This document shows, in pieces, positions 61,445-64,000 of a DNA stretch of 64,000 nt; the first letter of the stretch is position 1; the number at the start of each line of letters is the position of its first letter. The translations under genes and the position numbers were made by a program. Location: the NCBI GenBank assembly GCA_036267395.1, contig DATAWD010000051.1:872-64871 (forward strand), in the 5' to 3' direction. The notes beneath the pieces were generated by a model, which was not told where the DNA came from, ran no database searches, and was given only the letters and a program-made list of their open reading frames with translations. This stretch comes from Acidobacteriaceae bacterium (GTDB lineage: Bacteria > Acidobacteriota > Terriglobia > Terriglobales > Acidobacteriaceae).

Positions 61445-64000
61445 CTACTCCCCGCTCCCCGCCCTCACCCGCACCGCATACACCGACCCCCGCGCCCCAA
61501 TAAACAGCGTCTTCCCATCCTGCCCCCCAAAGCACAAACTCCCCGGCCGCTCCGGAACCTCCAGCACGCCCTCCTCTTTCCCATCGCGATCGTAGACGGT
61601 CACCTGACCGCTCGCGATATACACATTTCCCGCCGCATCTTCCACCACCGACGTTCCGCCTCGCTCCGCGAACAACTCCGTCTTCAGCTTTTCGCCGGGC
61701 TCCAGCGTCGCCCGCCACGTCTTCGCGTCATCCTCGCTCACGATCAGGTGCGTATCTCCCGCCGCAAACGGCGCCAGCTGCGAGCTCTCCAGCTGCGGCC
61801 GCCATCTCCAGCTCTTCGCGCCCCCCATCACCGCGACATTCGTTCCCGGCGCGTAGAAATAATCCCGCTCCTGTGGCTCCAGCCCGCTTCGCATCGCGGT
61901 ATTGCTCCCCATCCGGTACGTGTATCCCACATGCCCCAGCATCCGATCCAGAAACGCCAGTTCGTTATGCAGACCCACCGGCAGCAGCAGCACCGTCCCC
62001 GGCCGCGCCACACCCTCGCCATTCACCTGCGACAACGTCCCCGTCGCCGCATCCACCGCCATCACCGTCTTCTCGCGATTCACTGCCAGCAACTCGCCCC
62101 GTCCCGCCGCATCCACACCCGCCCACCCCAGCACCTGTGGCGAATCTTTTCCCGTGTCCGACAGCAGCGAAACCTTCTGCGTTTCGGGATCGATCCGGTA
62201 AATCCTGTGCCGCGCCGCATCGCTGAAGTACACCGCGCCATCAGGACCCGCCGTCAGACCATCCGCATTGCTGAAACCCGTCGCCACCCTCTCCATCTGC
62301 GCCCCCGCCCCAAACGCCGCCGGCAGTGGCACAGGCTCTCCCGGATGCGCATCCTTCTCCACGGCAAAGTGCACAAAGTGATGCGCCCGGACATCCACGC
62401 CCCGGTTTTTCTCGAGTCCGGCCTCATGCACGCTGTTGTCGAACGCCAGCCGCGTCTGGCTGAACACCTTCACGTTGTCGAACTGCACTCCATCCGCGTC
62501 CTGCGCCACCACCGCATAGGGCTTCGGCAGCACCGTCCGCGACACCCGATACATATAGGTGTTCGCGAACGTCACATCGTGTACGCCCTTCAGCTGCACC
62601 GGCACCGCATCCTGCCCGGCGGGATTCTCCTCCTCCGTCTGCAGGTCATCGATCCGCCAGTGCTGCACATTCTCCAGCCGCACCTCATTCTCCATGTGGT
62701 GCTCGCACGAGAATTGATAGATCGCCCCCGGCCGCTTCGTATCCTCAATCACCAGCCCCGCCTTCGCCGTCGTCGCATGCGACCAGATCCCCCGCAGCAC
62801 CCCGCCCCCGCCCTTCACCCACAGGCTTGGATACTGCGCGTTCGCCTCCATCTCCGGCCTCTGGCCGCGAGGCAGCGGCTGAGGCGCCGCCGGCTCCAGA
62901 GCCTGCACGTACTCGCTCCGCCCGCTCCAGAAGTCCACATCTTCCAACAGCGAATGCTCCCCCGCCTGCCACTCCACTCCCATCGCTCGCGGGTTCCCAT
63001 TCCCCGTCGCAATGCCGATCCCCGCCACGATATTCCCGCCGCCGTCCGGCGCTACGATCAGTGGAATCGCCGCGCCGGTCCCGCCAAACGTCTCATCGTG
63101 GTCTGCCAGCACGAACTGTGTTGTGAAAGGACTGAACCCGATCAGCACCGAGTCGCCCCACAGCCATACCGGCCCCCGCAGCCGATAAAACCCGCTCGGA
63201 AAATACAGCACTCGATGGTTGTCGATGGCCTTCTGGATGGCCTTCGTGTCATCGGTCTCCCCATCGCCCTTGACACCCAGCGTCCGCACATTGACCCACG
63301 TGTTCTGCGGCGGGAGCGCCGGAATATCCGTCGCGAGAGCCACCTGCTCTGCCTTCTCTTCCTCCGCCGCGCTCAGTGCCTTCTCCTGATGCTCCTCCCG
63401 AATCCCCTCCGCCCGTCCATCAGCAGCCACCTCCAGCCCCACGGTGAACCGCTGTTCGACGAAACGCCTTTCTGTACCCTGCACCCCGTACCCTGTACCC
63501 TCGTCCTCCACGAACCGGCGAACGCCGTCGCCGACGATATTTTCCAGCGTGATCTCGTTCCGAACGTTCTTCGCATCGCCCATCCTGAGCACCGCTCCAC
63601 GAATGTCCCGCATCACCAGATCCCGTCCGTACAGTTGCTCCACCTGTCCCTGCGGAATCTCCACCGCGACCGGCACATCCGCAAACCGATCCCGCACCAG
63701 CGTCATCCCCGCCTCGTGGGTCGAGATCGCCGCCGCCGTCTGCCCGTCGAAGCTCGAATCCATCAGCAGAAACTGCCACGCCGGCGACGTTTTCCCCGTC
63801 TCAATCCCGTACTTCCCGCCATGCACGTGAATGTCGTACGCCTGATTCCCTACCTGCTCCAGCGCCGCCCGCGCGTCGCCGAGTTCGAAATTCGCATGCG
63901 CCACAAAACTGTGCTGAGCCACGTTGAACCGCACCGCCACCGCCGACGGATTTCCCGCCCCAATCTCGAAATCGATGTTCGAGACCGCGCTGAAAAATGT
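61445..64000 (-). CDS. GH55-like beta-helix (pectate-lyase-superfamily) protein fused to a C-terminal SMP-30/gluconolactonase-like beta-propeller; 5' end outside the window
   Basis: The reading frame stays open from 63940 to the window edge (TFFSAVSNIDFEIGAGNPSA precedes the track's GTG). Has VNVRTLGVKGDGETDDTKAIQKAIDNHRVLYFPSGFY (beta-helix start motif). C-terminal GPDGAVYFSDAARHRIYRIDP..DAAGNVYIASG..LCFGGQDGKTLFI. Confidence 0.8.
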   Translation of the reverse strand, partial: TFFSAVSNIDFEIGAGNPSAVAVRFNVAQHSFVAHANFELGDARAALEQVGNQAYDIHVHGGKYGIETGKTSPAWQFLLMDSSFDGQTAAAISTHEAGMTLVRDRFADVPVAVEIPQGQVEQLYGRDLVMRDIRGAVLRMGDAKNVRNEITLENIVGDGVRRFVEDEGTGYGVQGTERRFVEQRFTVGLEVAADGRAEGIREEHQEKALSAAEEEKAEQVALATDIPALPPQNTWVNVRTLGVKGDGETDDTKAIQKAIDNHRVLYFPSGFYRLRGPVWLWGDSVLIGFSPFTTQFVLADHDETFGGTGAAIPLIVAPDGGGNIVAGIGIATGNGNPRAMGVEWQAGEHSLLEDVDFWSGRSEYVQALEPAAPQPLPRGQRPEMEANAQYPSLWVKGGGGVLRGIWSHATTAKAGLVIEDTKRPGAIYQFSCEHHMENEVRLENVQHWRIDDLQTEEENPAGQDAVPVQLKGVHDVTFANTYMYRVSRTVLPKPYAVVAQDADGVQFDNVKVFSQTRLAFDNSVHEAGLEKNRGVDVRAHHFVHFAVEKDAHPGEPVPLPAAFGAGAQMERVATGFSNADGLTAGPDGAVYFSDAARHRIYRIDPETQKVSLLSDTGKDSPQVLGWAGVDAAGRGELLAVNREKTVMAVDAATGTLSQVNGEGVARPGTVLLLPVGLHNELAFLDRMLGHVGYTYRMGSNTAMRSGLEPQERDYFYAPGTNVAVMGGAKSWRWRPQLESSQLAPFAAGDTHLIVSEDDAKTWRATLEPGEKLKTELFAERGGTSVVEDAAGNVYIASGQVTVYDRDGKEEGVLEVPERPGSLCFGGQDGKTLFIGARGSVYAVRVRAGSGE
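63477..63500 (-). repeat. Heptamer-phased C3-tract run inside a CDS (four G3+ tracts on the coding strand)
   Basis: CCC-TGCA-CCCC-GTA-CCC-TGTA-CCC. It encodes ..EGTGYGVQGT.. in the GH55-like protein. Confidence 0.8.

Noticed and set aside
1-64000. Search by eye for tRNA/rRNA genes, CRISPR arrays, transposases, integrases, prophage or defence-system genes
   Set aside because: None were found. All intergenic regions longer than 200 bp were read on both strands. They contain only short dispersed repeats and hairpins, with no spaced direct-repeat array, no cloverleaf-like conserved tRNA arms and no nuclease- or ATPase-type defence ORFs.

Overview
High-GC (about 60%) chromosomal segment. Gene content points to Acidobacteriota, probably Terriglobia-like: an ADOP-type duplicated FtsX permease, a CarboxypepD_reg-type TonB-dependent receptor, CRTAC1/ASPIC-UnbV plus TPR genes, many glycoside hydrolases and short dispersed intergenic repeats. 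All protein calls rest on motifs read by eye from the ORF track; no database search was run. I support about 43 intact protein-coding genes and 4 gene remnants. I saw no rRNA, tRNA, CRISPR array, transposase, integrase or recognisable defence or toxin-antitoxin genes. Main blocks, left to right: (1) a decayed corner with a frameshifted EAL gene, half an NTF2-like gene, a STAS gene, ppk2, an aldo/keto-reductase tail and a lipocalin-like gene; (2) an MFS transporter and two tandem AhpD/CMD paralogues; (3) a TetR-controlled RND efflux operon preceded by an FtsX-permease tail remnant; (4) a LysR / CitMHS transporter / split AtuA-like module; (5) an orphan ADOP permease; (6) glpK-glpD; (7) a tight six-gene exported operon (TonB-dependent receptor, 2 TPR proteins, CRTAC1, heptahaem cytochrome-TPR, GH130), which faces (8) an exported thioredoxin-fold gene translationally coupled to a haem-c / PHM-DBH-like copper monooxygenase / TPR fusion; (9) glycoside hydrolases, a YdiJ-like FAD/Fe-S dehydrogenase, an enolase-superfamily enzyme and an SDR; (10) a GT21/HpnI-like glycosyltransferase, an FAD oxidoreductase, an M24 peptidase and a GH31 enzyme, each followed by a copy of the same short 3'-flank element; (11) a PagL-like gene with two small membrane proteins, a Dyp peroxidase, a YtxH protein built from 14 tandem 36/25-aa units, a cupin, and a GH55-like/SMP-30 fusion that runs off the window end. 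The best candidates for something undescribed are blocks 7 and 8, which look like an all-exported TPR/haem/copper/thiol gene set. Next come the families of heptamer-based repeats: C3/G3-tract runs, TTGCCTG runs and the gene-3' element.
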